Positions 9,602 through 18,342 are shown, counted from the first letter of the stretch. The stretch: 32,000 bases of DNA from Halomicronema hongdechloris C2206 (GCF_002075285.3 NZ_CP021983.2:60001-92000), one strand, 5' to 3'. Translations and numbers: made by a program. The notes: generated by a model not told the origin, from the letters alone.

Positions 9602-10126
9602 AGGGATAGTAGACAACTCAAAATTCAGATTTCAAACTTCGTCATCCCGTGGATTTTCCCCTGGCCATGCATGACTCTTCCGGCCTGAGGGCAATGCTTC
9701 TCGCTACCACTTGCGACTTGCGGCAAGGTTGTGATGCAGGTCTTTAACCGGCGCAGGCATGTGCTATCTTATTGCCCTGGACCCTGCGGCAGGGCGGGTT
9801 GAGCGGGGACGGTGGCGCTCGATAAGACCACGCTTAATCGTGTAGCTCGGGGTGATCACCCGAGGGGATTTCGCTCCCCTCGGACTCCTACGACCAGGGC
9901 GAACCGCTTGTGGTGTTCGCAAAGCGGCTCCGCTCGTAGTGAGCGAAGTCGAACTGCAGGAGCAACGCAGTCGAACTACTTGTGATGAGCGTAGTCGAAT
10001 CACCGCCCTGGACCCCGCGGACGGGATGGTCGGTTGGTCATTCAAGATCGCGTCGCATCGGCACGGTAGCCGGTTTTCTCCATTGGGCGCGGCAACCGCG
10101 CCCCTACCCTGTCCCATCCACCCATC

Positions 10127-10203
10127 CACTCGTCACTCGTCACTCGTCACTCGTCACTCTTTACTCTTTGCTCTTTACTCTCCGCCCTCCGTTCTCCGCA
10201 CTC
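10127..10203. repeat. heptanucleotide tandem repeat (STRR-like)
   Basis: CACTCGT occurs four times perfectly (10127-10154). It then decays in phase through CACTCTT, TACTCTT, TGCTCTT, TACTCTC, CGCCCTC, CGTTCTC and CGCACTC. Confidence 0.8.
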
Positions 10204-10288
10204 CCCATCCCCCGTTTTCCTTTCCCCCATCACCTCGTACCCTTATGCTAGGAGCCCTGCTCCGTCGTTTCTAAGGGGTGCTAAGCCA

Positions 10289-10939
10289 ATGTCCATAGGT
10301 GAGTTGATGGCAGCTGGTGGAATCGTCATGTGGCCCCTGCTCGGTTTCTCTCTGGTGACGACGGTACTGATTTTAGAGCGTGGTTGGTTTTGGCTGCGCC
10401 TGCGGCGGCAGCAGCGTCAACTGGTGCAGCAGGCTCTGGCTGCCTATCAACAGAATCCCGCCGTAGCCTTGGCTCAGCTGCAGCAACGGGCTGACCTGCC
10501 AGTGGCCCGCATTTTTATGGCTGCTCTGGCATTACCGGAAGCCACCCCCGATGAGTTTCGGTTGGCCTTAGAAAGTGCAGCCCAAGCGGAACTGCCGTTA
10601 CTGAAACGCTTTCATACAGTGTTTGAGACGGTGATTGGTATTTCACCGCTACTGGGCCTACTCGGCACCATTCTGGGCTTGATTCGGGCCTTGTCGTCAT
10701 TGCGATTGGGGGAGGCAGCTGGTGAGCGCACCTTAGGAGTAACAGCTGGCATTGGTGAAGCCTTGGTATCCACGGCAACAGGCTTAGTGATCGCCATCAT
10801 TACCTTGTTTTTTGCCAATCTGTTTCAAGGACTCTATCGCCGACAACGGGCCTTTATTCAAGAGGTGGGGGGGCACTTAGAAATCCTACAACGGCGCCAT
10901 TATCGGCAGCTCATGCAGCCTCCCATTGAGCGCAGATAA
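10289..10939 (+). CDS. MotA/TolQ/ExbB proton-channel family protein
   Basis: 216 aa with three predicted TM segments. The family-typical C-terminal half contains ISPLLGLLGTILGLI and GIGEALVSTATGLVIAIITLFF. Confidence 0.85.
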   Translation: MSIGELMAAGGIVMWPLLGFSLVTTVLILERGWFWLRLRRQQRQLVQQALAAYQQNPAVALAQLQQRADLPVARIFMAALALPEATPDEFRLALESAAQAELPLLKRFHTVFETVIGISPLLGLLGTILGLIRALSSLRLGEAAGERTLGVTAGIGEALVSTATGLVIAIITLFFANLFQGLYRRQRAFIQEVGGHLEILQRRHYRQLMQPPIERR

Positions 10940-11013
10940 TAAGCTAATGCCGCAGCCTTGGGTAGGCTACGGCACGGATTACCAGGACAGCTGGATGGGG
11001 GAGATGCAGTAAC

Positions 11014-12402
11014 TTAGCGACCAATGCCCATGTAACGGAAGCCGGCGGTTGCCAAGACCTCCTGATCGAGGAAATTACGACCGTCGATTAGAATCGGCGT
11101 ATTCATCAACTCTGCCATCTTGCCGTAATCAAGGGACTTGAACTTCTTCCAGTCGGTGACCAGAACTAGGGCATCGCAGCCATCGGCTAGGCGCTCTGGG
11201 TCGGTCTCGACAATCACCCCTGACAGGCCATGGCGCATGCCACTCTGGGAAACGATGGGATCGTAGGCTTTAACCTTGGCGCCCAGACGGTTGAGTTGCT
11301 CAATCAGGACCAGGGAAGGCGCATCGCGCATGTCATCGGTGTCAGGCTTAAAGGTAAGGCCCAGCAAGCCGACGGTCTTGCCCTTGAGGATCTTCAAGAC
11401 CTGTTGCAGTTTTTCTAGGGCAATTAGCCGCTGGCGCTCGTTGACGTTGACGGTTGATTTCAGCAGTTGCGCCTCGTAGCCGTAGTCATCGGCGGTATGG
11501 ATCAGGGCTGAGACATCTTTGGGGAAACAGGAGCCGCCCCAGCCAATGCCCGCTTGCAGGAATTTGTTGCCGATGCGGGAGTCGAGGCCAATGCCCTGAG
11601 CCACCTGGGTGACATCGGCGCCAACGCGATCGCAAATATTGGCGACCTCGTTGATAAAGCTAATCTTAGTGGCCAAAAAGGCATTGGAGGCATACTTGAC
11701 CATCTCAGCCGAACTCAAATCGGTTACCAGCACAGGCACCGGGGGCAAATTGGCCTCGTCAGATAGTTGGCGCTCGACGATGGGCGCATAGAGCTCCTTC
11801 ATCATCTCGATGGCGCGGCGATTGTTGCTGCCCAAGACAATGCGGTCGGGGTTAAAGGTATCATAGACAGCTGACCCTTCCCGTAGAAACTCCGGGTTAC
11901 TGACTACATCGAAGTCAGCCGTCACCTCAGGATGGGTAGCCACTGGAGCCCCACCAGCTCCCACCAGTTCCTTCTGACGCTCAGATACCCCATCTAGCAC
12001 GATCATCCGCACCCAATCACCGGAACCAATGGGCACCGTCGACTTATTGACGATGACCTTATAGCCCCCATTGAGGTGAGTGCCAATGCCTCGGGCAACC
12101 GCCTCGACATAGCGAGTATCACTTTCTCCATTGGGCAGAGCCGGCGTCCCCACGGCAATGAATAAGATGTCACCGTGGTTAACTCCCTGGCCCAAGTCGG
12201 TGGTAAAGGAAAGCCGTTGGGCCTGCATTGAGGACTGCATCAACTCCGATAGGGAAGGCTCGTAAATGGGGGATTGCCCAGACTGCATCAACTTAACTTT
12301 TTCTTCATTATTGTCGACACAGATGACGTCGTGGCCAGCGTGGGCCAGACAGACGCCAGTCACCAGGCCGACATAACCAGTTCCAATAACACAAACACGC
12401 AT
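11014..12402 (-). CDS. ugd: UDP-glucose 6-dehydrogenase
   Basis: Contains the Rossmann motif MRVCVIGTGYVGLVTG and the catalytic-Cys motif GWGGSCFPKD. 462 aa. Confidence 0.92.
   Translation of the reverse strand: MRVCVIGTGYVGLVTGVCLAHAGHDVICVDNNEEKVKLMQSGQSPIYEPSLSELMQSSMQAQRLSFTTDLGQGVNHGDILFIAVGTPALPNGESDTRYVEAVARGIGTHLNGGYKVIVNKSTVPIGSGDWVRMIVLDGVSERQKELVGAGGAPVATHPEVTADFDVVSNPEFLREGSAVYDTFNPDRIVLGSNNRRAIEMMKELYAPIVERQLSDEANLPPVPVLVTDLSSAEMVKYASNAFLATKISFINEVANICDRVGADVTQVAQGIGLDSRIGNKFLQAGIGWGGSCFPKDVSALIHTADDYGYEAQLLKSTVNVNERQRLIALEKLQQVLKILKGKTVGLLGLTFKPDTDDMRDAPSLVLIEQLNRLGAKVKAYDPIVSQSGMRHGLSGVIVETDPERLADGCDALVLVTDWKKFKSLDYGKMAELMNTPILIDGRNFLDQEVLATAGFRYMGIGR
11626..11633. repeat. HIP1 palindrome
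   Basis: perfect GCGATCGC. Confidence 0.95.
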
Positions 12403-12446
12403 AGTAATAATCCTCGCTGAGATAACTTAGGGATAAAGCAAACAAT

Positions 12447-12454
12447 GCGATCGC
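12447..12454. repeat. HIP1 palindrome
   Basis: perfect GCGATCGC. Confidence 0.95.
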
Positions 12455-12499
12455 AGCTGCGATTTAGCCACACTAAGGTCAACCGGCCGCATCACAGAC

Positions 12500-12522
12500 G
12501 TCCAGGCAGTAGCAGCCTGGAC
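12500..12522 (-). other. intercistronic stem-loop between the UDP-glucuronate decarboxylase and ugd genes
   Basis: It has a perfect 8-bp stem, GTCCAGGC 12500-12507 paired with GCCTGGAC 12515-12522, and a 7-nt loop. It abuts the stop codon of the upstream gene and has no U-run. I read it as an mRNA stability or processing element rather than a terminator. Confidence 0.4.
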
Positions 12523-13484
12523 TATCCAGACACCCGGGCCGATGCCGGCGTAGGGAGGTGTTCTAACCGCTGCCGGAAATCTTGAATGGTTTTCTCCAAG
12601 CCGGGCTTCAGAGACACCGTAGGCTGCCATCCCAGCCAGTGTTTGGCGCGAGTAATATCGGGCCGTCGCCGCCTCGGATCATCCTGGGGCAGGGGTTCAA
12701 ATTTCACCGCTGCATCGGGATTGACCATGGTTTGAATGGTCTTGGCCAGCTCCAAAATGGTGTACTCATCTGGATTGCCTAGATTGACGGGGCCAACGTG
12801 ATCGCCAGCCATCAGCCGTATCAGCCCCTCGACTAAATCAGCCACGTAGCAAAAACTGCGAGTCTGGGAACCATCGCCATAGATTGTCAAGGGGTTACCC
12901 TGCAGTGCTTGCACCACAAAGTTACTCACCACCCGACCGTCATTCTCCAACATGCGAGGGCCATAGGTATTGAAAATACGGGCTACCCGAATATCCACAT
13001 CATTTTGCCGGTGATAGTCAAAAGCCAGGGTTTCAGCCACCCGCTTGCCTTCGTCATAGCAACTACGGATACCAATGGTATTGACATTGCCCCGATACTC
13101 CTCAGCCTGGGGATGGACTTCAGGATCTCCGTAGATCTCAGAGGTCGAGGCCAACAAGAATCGAGCCCTGACTCGCTTAGCCAAGCCCAGCATATTCAGG
13201 GTGCCAATGACATTGGTCTTAATGGTTTTTACCGGATTGTACTGATAGTGGACCGGTGAGGCCGGACAAGCCAAATGGTAAATCTGATCGACCTCTAAGC
13301 GGATCGGTTCAGTGATGTCGTGGCGAATCAGCTCGAAGTAAGGGTGATCTAGCCAGCGCAGAATATTACGCTTATGGCCTGTATAGAAATTGTCGAGGCA
13401 AAGGACCTCGTGGCCAGCCTCCATCAAACGGTCTATTAAATGGGACCCGATGAAACCAGCACCACCAGTAACCAGAATTCTCAT
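12522..13484 (-). CDS. UDP-glucuronate decarboxylase (UDP-xylose synthase), SDR family
   Basis: [16 protein letters not shown], the YDEGKR (YxxxK) motif, and the LDNFYTG motif typical of UXS enzymes. The track start at 13502 is a TTG, and the ATG is at 13484. Confidence 0.88.
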   Translation of the reverse strand: MRILVTGGAGFIGSHLIDRLMEAGHEVLCLDNFYTGHKRNILRWLDHPYFELIRHDITEPIRLEVDQIYHLACPASPVHYQYNPVKTIKTNVIGTLNMLGLAKRVRARFLLASTSEIYGDPEVHPQAEEYRGNVNTIGIRSCYDEGKRVAETLAFDYHRQNDVDIRVARIFNTYGPRMLENDGRVVSNFVVQALQGNPLTIYGDGSQTRSFCYVADLVEGLIRLMAGDHVGPVNLGNPDEYTILELAKTIQTMVNPDAAVKFEPLPQDDPRRRRPDITRAKHWLGWQPTVSLKPGLEKTIQDFRQRLEHLPTPASARVSG

Positions 13485-13845
13485 AGGAATGTCATAGATC
13501 AAAAGAACATCTAGAGACTATCGCCAGGCCATCAGCCGATGGTGATATGCAGGACTGGCCTGGGCCGAATGCCTCACCCCCCTGACTCACCAATGCTCCA
13601 GCAAGCATATCCCTACCTTAGCCCCCGGCATATCCCCTAGCTTTGGAGGCATGAGGACAGCTCCGGGTAGAGTATCTATTAGGGTGGCGGACATGCCCCA
13701 ACTTGGATTGACCATAACAGAGAAGCAAGAGTATCTCCGATGGCCATTCAGGGAGTTCACCGAAAATTCAACCCTATCTTAAGGAATCCCGAAACCTAGG
13801 CTGACGTATCACCTAAGTTGACGTATCGGCCCCGGCCAAGGTTCT

Positions 13846-14379
13846 TCAAGGCAAGGGTTTTGTCATCATGATGGCGTGGGAGACGTATCCCAGCCGGCGA
13901 TAAAGGGTGAGGGCGGTAACATTATTGCTCAATACTTGCAGCCCGATCTGGTGATCTCCTCGTTGGGTCGCCCAAGTCTGAGCTTGGTGCATCAAGGCCG
14001 TAGCAATGCCTTGGCGACGATGGGCAGGGTCTACATATAACACCAGGAGATAGGCGTGGCGTTGGCCACTGAGTTGATCGACAGCATTGCCTAACCACAG
14101 GCAAGCCACTGGGTCCCCTACGTCAGGCGACGCCTGCCAAACCCACCACAGGGGAGTAGCCGGAGAGAGATGATTCTCGACCGTGGCAGCAATATGGCTC
14201 TGAGATACCTGGGGACTGATCTCGGCGTAGGTGCGAGCCATATATTTGACTAATTGGGCTCGATCGAGGCAGGAACCTTGCCCCAAGACATAGCCTGGGA
14301 TTAAGGGGCGTCGAGGGAGGCAGGGATGAGGCACAGTAGTTTTCCTAGGTAGGCTAGGCGGCGTCCTCTGCCGGACCAT
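13846..14379 (-). CDS. GNAT family N-acetyltransferase
   Basis: Contains the acetyl-CoA binding motif VDPAHRRQGIATALM followed by TLYRRLGY. The start is uncertain because the N-terminus is Pro/Arg-rich. Confidence 0.75.
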   Translation of the reverse strand: MVRQRTPPSLPRKTTVPHPCLPRRPLIPGYVLGQGSCLDRAQLVKYMARTYAEISPQVSQSHIAATVENHLSPATPLWWVWQASPDVGDPVACLWLGNAVDQLSGQRHAYLLVLYVDPAHRRQGIATALMHQAQTWATQRGDHQIGLQVLSNNVTALTLYRRLGYVSHAIMMTKPLP

Positions 14380-14605
14380 GGAGCAATATGGATACCGCGG
14401 CAGGGAGTGTCGGGCCTGCTACGGACGTGTTGGAAGGGGCTACCGAGGTCTCTGGGGAGGGTGTCTCTGTGACCGGAGCCGGTGCCATCATGTCCCCCGG
14501 CAGGAAGATGCGAGCACTGACTGCGACCATGGCCACTAAAAAGGTCAGCACAATTAGCAGAGGGGCAATGTAGGCGCGAAAGATAGCCATGGCTGAGTCC
14601 GTCAT
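14354..14605 (-). CDS. possible small single-pass membrane protein
   Basis: MTDSAMAIFRAYIAPLLIVLTFLVAMVAVSARIFLP has one clear TM helix, followed by a Pro/Ser/Thr-rich tail. It starts about 36 nt after the symporter stop and overlaps the annotated GNAT start by 26 nt. It could be spurious. Confidence 0.3.
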   Translation of the reverse strand: MTDSAMAIFRAYIAPLLIVLTFLVAMVAVSARIFLPGDMMAPAPVTETPSPETSVAPSNTSVAGPTLPAAVSILLHGPAEDAA

Positions 14606-14640
14606 TATCACACTGTCTATTGTTATCCTACACCGCTGCT

Positions 14641-16440
14641 TTATTCGGCATCATCCAAGCCTGGACGGGGCATAGGGGCAATGCGTTGTTTGCCCAGGTG
14701 TCGCAGCCCCATCCAACCCAGCACGGCGATAATCAACCAGATCCAACCGGCCAGGGGTTGGTAGAGCAAGAAGCCGCCCACCGTGAGCATGGCTCCGAAG
14801 AGCAACAGAATGGCGGCCAATACCCGCTGCAGATCTAGGCTCAGGGATTGGGCAGGTCTGACTCCGGTGCGGATCTGTTGGCGGCGCCAGCCAAGACCAC
14901 CGGGGCGCACCTTGCGGTAGAAACGATCGAGGGTGGCGTCGGACTCAGGGGGCGTTAAGACCATGACCCCAATCCAGATCACAGTGGTGAGCCCAGAGGT
15001 CACCAGGAGCCGCAGCCCAAAGTTATCGATGGTGAGCAATGGCACCACGCTAGTGATGAGACCGATGACAAAGCCAGCCACCATGGAGGAGAGTTCTGCG
15101 GCGGCATTGATGCGCCACCAGAACCACCGCAGGATCAGCACCAATCCTGGTCCGGTGCCAATGGCAATGACTAGCCGAAATACGGTGGTGATGTCTTCGG
15201 CAAAGAAGGCTGCGATCGCACCTAAGCCAGTCACGATGACGGACGCTAGCCGTCCAGCTAACACCAGTTCGGCCTGCTCTGCTTGAGGCCGCAGGAAGCG
15301 GCCGTAGAGATCATTGGTGAGATAAGAGGCGCCCCAGTTAATCAAGGTAGACACCGTGCTCATGAATGCCGCCACCAGAGACGCCACCACCAGCCCCAGT
15401 AGCGCCGGGGGTAGAAATTCCAGCATCAGCTTGGGATAGCCCAGTTCTCGATCTTCTAGGTTGGGATAGACCACAATCGCCACTAGGGCCACGACCACCC
15501 AGGGCCAGGTGCGAATGACATAGTGCAGGATGTTGAAAAACCAGGCGGCCTTCTCGGCCTCGGCCTCATCCTTGGAGGCCACCAGTCGCTGTATAAATTC
15601 ACCGCCGCCATCGCTACGGCGAAAGGCCCACCATTGCAAGAACACATAGGCGAAAAAGGTGCTTAGGGTGATGCCCGCTGTCTCGCTCCAGCTCACCCAG
15701 GTTCCCTGCCCCACCGTAATCGGGACCACAGACAGCACATCTTGATCGGTTAGGGTCTGTACTTGCGCCACCAGCTCCCCCATGCCACCTACGTGGTTAA
15801 CAGCGGCAATGGCGACGACAATGGCCCCTAGCAGAGCTAGAAAGAACTGAAAGAAGTCTGTGGCCACCACCCCCCAGAGACCAGAGAGTCCTGCATAGAG
15901 CAATACCAACAGGCTCACCCCAATCACACTCCAGAGTTTCACCGTCGCGGCTGGCTCTCCGGCAAATCCCAAGCTGGACCAGATGCCGAGGGCGTCAACC
16001 ACTTTGACCATGGCCAGCATGGCGTAGCCAATGCCAATGCAGTTGATCGGCACGGCAAATAGAAATGCTTTCACTCCCCGCAATACGGCAGCCATAGAGC
16101 CGCCATAGCGCAGTTCTGTCAGTTCGGCATCGGTGACCACTTCTGATCGGCGCCAGAGTCGAGCAAACACGTAGATCATCACCACATGGGCGATGCCAAA
16201 ACTCCACCACTCCCAGTTGCCGGCCACGCCACGACTGCCTACGACCCCGGCAATGTACAGGGGAGTATCGATGGAAAAGGTAGTGGCAGCCATGCTGGTC
16301 CCAGCTAACCACCAAGGGAGAGAACGCCCTGATACGAAGAAATCGACCAGGCTGCCTGCTGCCCGTCGCGATAGATAGAGCCCCACCCCCAAGGAGCAGA
16401 GGAGATAGGCCAAGACAATGAGCCAATCAATCAGGTGCAT
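14641..16440 (-). CDS. sodium:solute symporter (SSS) family transporter
   Basis: 599 aa and polytopic. The N-terminus (GSLVDFFVSGRSLPWWLAGTSMAATTFS) is typical of the SSS family. The substrate is unknown. Confidence 0.85.
   Translation of the reverse strand: MHLIDWLIVLAYLLCSLGVGLYLSRRAAGSLVDFFVSGRSLPWWLAGTSMAATTFSIDTPLYIAGVVGSRGVAGNWEWWSFGIAHVVMIYVFARLWRRSEVVTDAELTELRYGGSMAAVLRGVKAFLFAVPINCIGIGYAMLAMVKVVDALGIWSSLGFAGEPAATVKLWSVIGVSLLVLLYAGLSGLWGVVATDFFQFFLALLGAIVVAIAAVNHVGGMGELVAQVQTLTDQDVLSVVPITVGQGTWVSWSETAGITLSTFFAYVFLQWWAFRRSDGGGEFIQRLVASKDEAEAEKAAWFFNILHYVIRTWPWVVVALVAIVVYPNLEDRELGYPKLMLEFLPPALLGLVVASLVAAFMSTVSTLINWGASYLTNDLYGRFLRPQAEQAELVLAGRLASVIVTGLGAIAAFFAEDITTVFRLVIAIGTGPGLVLILRWFWWRINAAAELSSMVAGFVIGLITSVVPLLTIDNFGLRLLVTSGLTTVIWIGVMVLTPPESDATLDRFYRKVRPGGLGWRRQQIRTGVRPAQSLSLDLQRVLAAILLLFGAMLTVGGFLLYQPLAGWIWLIIAVLGWMGLRHLGKQRIAPMPRPGLDDAE
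15212..15219. repeat. HIP1 palindrome
   Basis: perfect GCGATCGC. Confidence 0.95.
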
Positions 16441-16700
16441 GAATGAGGGAATGCTGACGGTTCGCCGTCATCATCCCACGATGGCAGCAGCATCTCACTA
16501 AATTTCTAAATTTTCCGTGCAAATGGCCTTGGCTGGCCTATCATAAGCGCCATAGCGGAGTCTGGCTAAGGTGGCGGGCTACAGGAGATGATCTGTTGAT
16601 TTAGGACTGGGGATGGGCATCCTCCCTGGTGGAGTCCAGTCTCAGATTAATAGTTTAGGCATGACTCCGACTAGTCGACGAATTGTCATTAGGATCAGCG

Positions 16701-18137
16701 ATGATGGACAGGTTGCAGAAAATCCTCACGACCCTTACATTCCTTACCCTGCTGGCCCCCTGGCCCCTGGTGGCTGTAGCCCAGTCAGACCCGACTCCTG
16801 ACGCCCCTGTGGAGGCTAGTGAAGAGGAGGCACCGTCAACTGAGCCGCAACCCCGCCCTGCGGAGGCCTACAACCAGGGGGTTGACCATTTTGAAGCTGG
16901 AGATTATTCAGCGGCTCTGGCAGCGTTCAATCAAGCCATTGCCCTAGATCCTAACTTTGCCCGGGCCTATCTATATCGGGGCCTAGTCTACAGCGAGCAA
17001 GAGGCTTGGGCTGAGGCCCTGCCCAACCTAACCCGGGCCATTGAGTTGGCTCCGACTGATGCGGTGGCCTATTTCAGCCGCGGGGTGGTGCATTACCGGC
17101 GGGGGGATTTGGCCCAGGCTGAACAGGACTTCAGCGAGGCCCTGTTGCATGACCCTAATTACGCCAAAGCCTATGTATTTAGGGGATTGGTGGCCCGAGA
17201 GCAGGACCAGTACGCCTTGGCCATTGAGGATTTTACGGCGGGCATTAATCAGGCTCCTGAGCTAAGTGATGCCTATGTCCATCGGGGATCGACCTATGCC
17301 CTGATGGAAGAGTACCAGGCGGCAGTGAGTGATTTTGACCAGGCTATTGAGCTGGATGGCCAGCGGGCGGATGCCTATCAAGGGCGCGGGGTGGCTCGTT
17401 ATCACCTGGGTCTCCTGGAGGGGGCTCTGGAGGATTTAAATCGAGCCATTCGCTTAAAGGATGATATGCCGTCGGCTTATCTGAACCGCAGTTATATCTA
17501 TAGCGCCCAGGGGCGACCTATGCGTGCCTTGTCTGATCTAGATCAGGCCATAGAACTCCGGCCTGATTATGTGGAGGCCTACCTCAACCGTGGTCTACTA
17601 AGGGCCCGACAGGGAAATCTACAGGGAGCAATGGATGACTTTGATACGGTATTGCAACTCGATCCAGAGGCGGCGGTGGCCTATCGTTATCGCGGTAATG
17701 CACGCATGGAGGCAGGGGATGCCCTGGGGGCCGTTGCTGACTATAGTGACGCCTTGTTTATTGATGTCAACGATGCGGTGACCTACAAGTTGAGGGGAGA
17801 TGCCAGATGGGCTATCGGAGATCGGCCTGGGGCTATCGCTGACTATAGTCAGGCGATTGACATCCGCCCTGGTTATCTGGAGGCTTACGAGGCCCGTGGG
17901 CAGGCGTTTGCGGCTTTGGAGGAATTCCAGCGAGCCCATGATGATCTGACGCGAGTGATTCGTGGCGATACTCAACGGATGGATCCAGATGTCTATTTCG
18001 GGCGGGGCTGGGTGCGATCGCAACTGGGAGACATCACCGGAGCCCGCGCTGATTTAGAACGGGCAGCTGCCCTATATCTGGAAACCGGGCAAGCAGAAGG
18101 CTATCGCAAGACCTTAGACTTAATGCGTCAGATCTAA
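16701..18137 (+). CDS. secreted/periplasmic TPR repeat protein
   Basis: It has a signal-peptide-like N-terminus from the ATG at 16701 (MMDRLQKILTTLTFLTLLAPWPLVAVAQS). This is followed by more than 10 tandem 34-residue repeats of the form A.AY..RG......Y..A..DF..AI.L.P. The track start at 16683 is a TTG. Confidence 0.85.
   Translation: MMDRLQKILTTLTFLTLLAPWPLVAVAQSDPTPDAPVEASEEEAPSTEPQPRPAEAYNQGVDHFEAGDYSAALAAFNQAIALDPNFARAYLYRGLVYSEQEAWAEALPNLTRAIELAPTDAVAYFSRGVVHYRRGDLAQAEQDFSEALLHDPNYAKAYVFRGLVAREQDQYALAIEDFTAGINQAPELSDAYVHRGSTYALMEEYQAAVSDFDQAIELDGQRADAYQGRGVARYHLGLLEGALEDLNRAIRLKDDMPSAYLNRSYIYSAQGRPMRALSDLDQAIELRPDYVEAYLNRGLLRARQGNLQGAMDDFDTVLQLDPEAAVAYRYRGNARMEAGDALGAVADYSDALFIDVNDAVTYKLRGDARWAIGDRPGAIADYSQAIDIRPGYLEAYEARGQAFAALEEFQRAHDDLTRVIRGDTQRMDPDVYFGRGWVRSQLGDITGARADLERAAALYLETGQAEGYRKTLDLMRQI
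18014..18021. repeat. HIP1 palindrome
   Basis: perfect GCGATCGC. Confidence 0.95.
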
Positions 18138-18334
18138 GGAATTCTAGATGCAACCATTAGGGCCAGGGGAGTCTTGGCAGTGGCTTTGGCAGCGGTTACT
18201 GTCGGGGGTGTTAGTGCTTCTCGTAGCTAGTAGCAGCCCATTCCTCTGGAGCTAGCCCTGGACCTGCAGGAGGATGACCAGACTCAATTCGTCGTCGCTC
18301 CGTTCGTGGTGCAAGAATGGCTGGATCTACTGCA

Positions 18335-18342
18335 GCGATCGC
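18335..18342. repeat. HIP1 palindrome
   Basis: perfect GCGATCGC. Confidence 0.95.

Noticed and set aside
9689-10103. Known housekeeping RNAs (RNase P RNA, tmRNA, SRP RNA, tRNA) as an explanation for the structured block
   Set aside because: I could not find the universally conserved strings I remember on either strand. These are the RNase P P4 segment GGAAAGTCCGGGC and ACAGAACCCGGCTTA, the tmRNA/tRNA T-loop GGTTCGA with its acceptor stem, and the SRP GGAAGCAGCC core. The AGTCGAAT copies resemble a T-loop only superficially and lack flanking T-stems.
9764-10274. Three track ORFs (9764-10129 minus, 9852-10274 plus, 9982-10251 plus) in the exbB upstream region
   Set aside because: They overlap one another on both strands and are dominated by Arg/Ser/Pro/Thr runs dictated by the GC-rich and polypyrimidine sequence. 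One of them reads straight through the heptamer repeat. None has a recognisable motif.
10949-10973. Hairpin GCCGCAGCC-ttgggta-GGCTACGGC between the convergent exbB-like and ugd genes, as a bidirectional terminator
   Set aside because: The 9-bp stem has an internal mismatch and no flanking T or A runs, so it is too weak to call.
18149-18256. 35-codon ORF (MQPLGPGESWQWLWQRLLSGVLVLLVASSSPFLWS) just after the TPR gene
   Set aside because: It is hydrophobic enough to be a mini membrane protein. However, it has no RBS and no recognisable family, and it is too short to separate from chance without comparative data.
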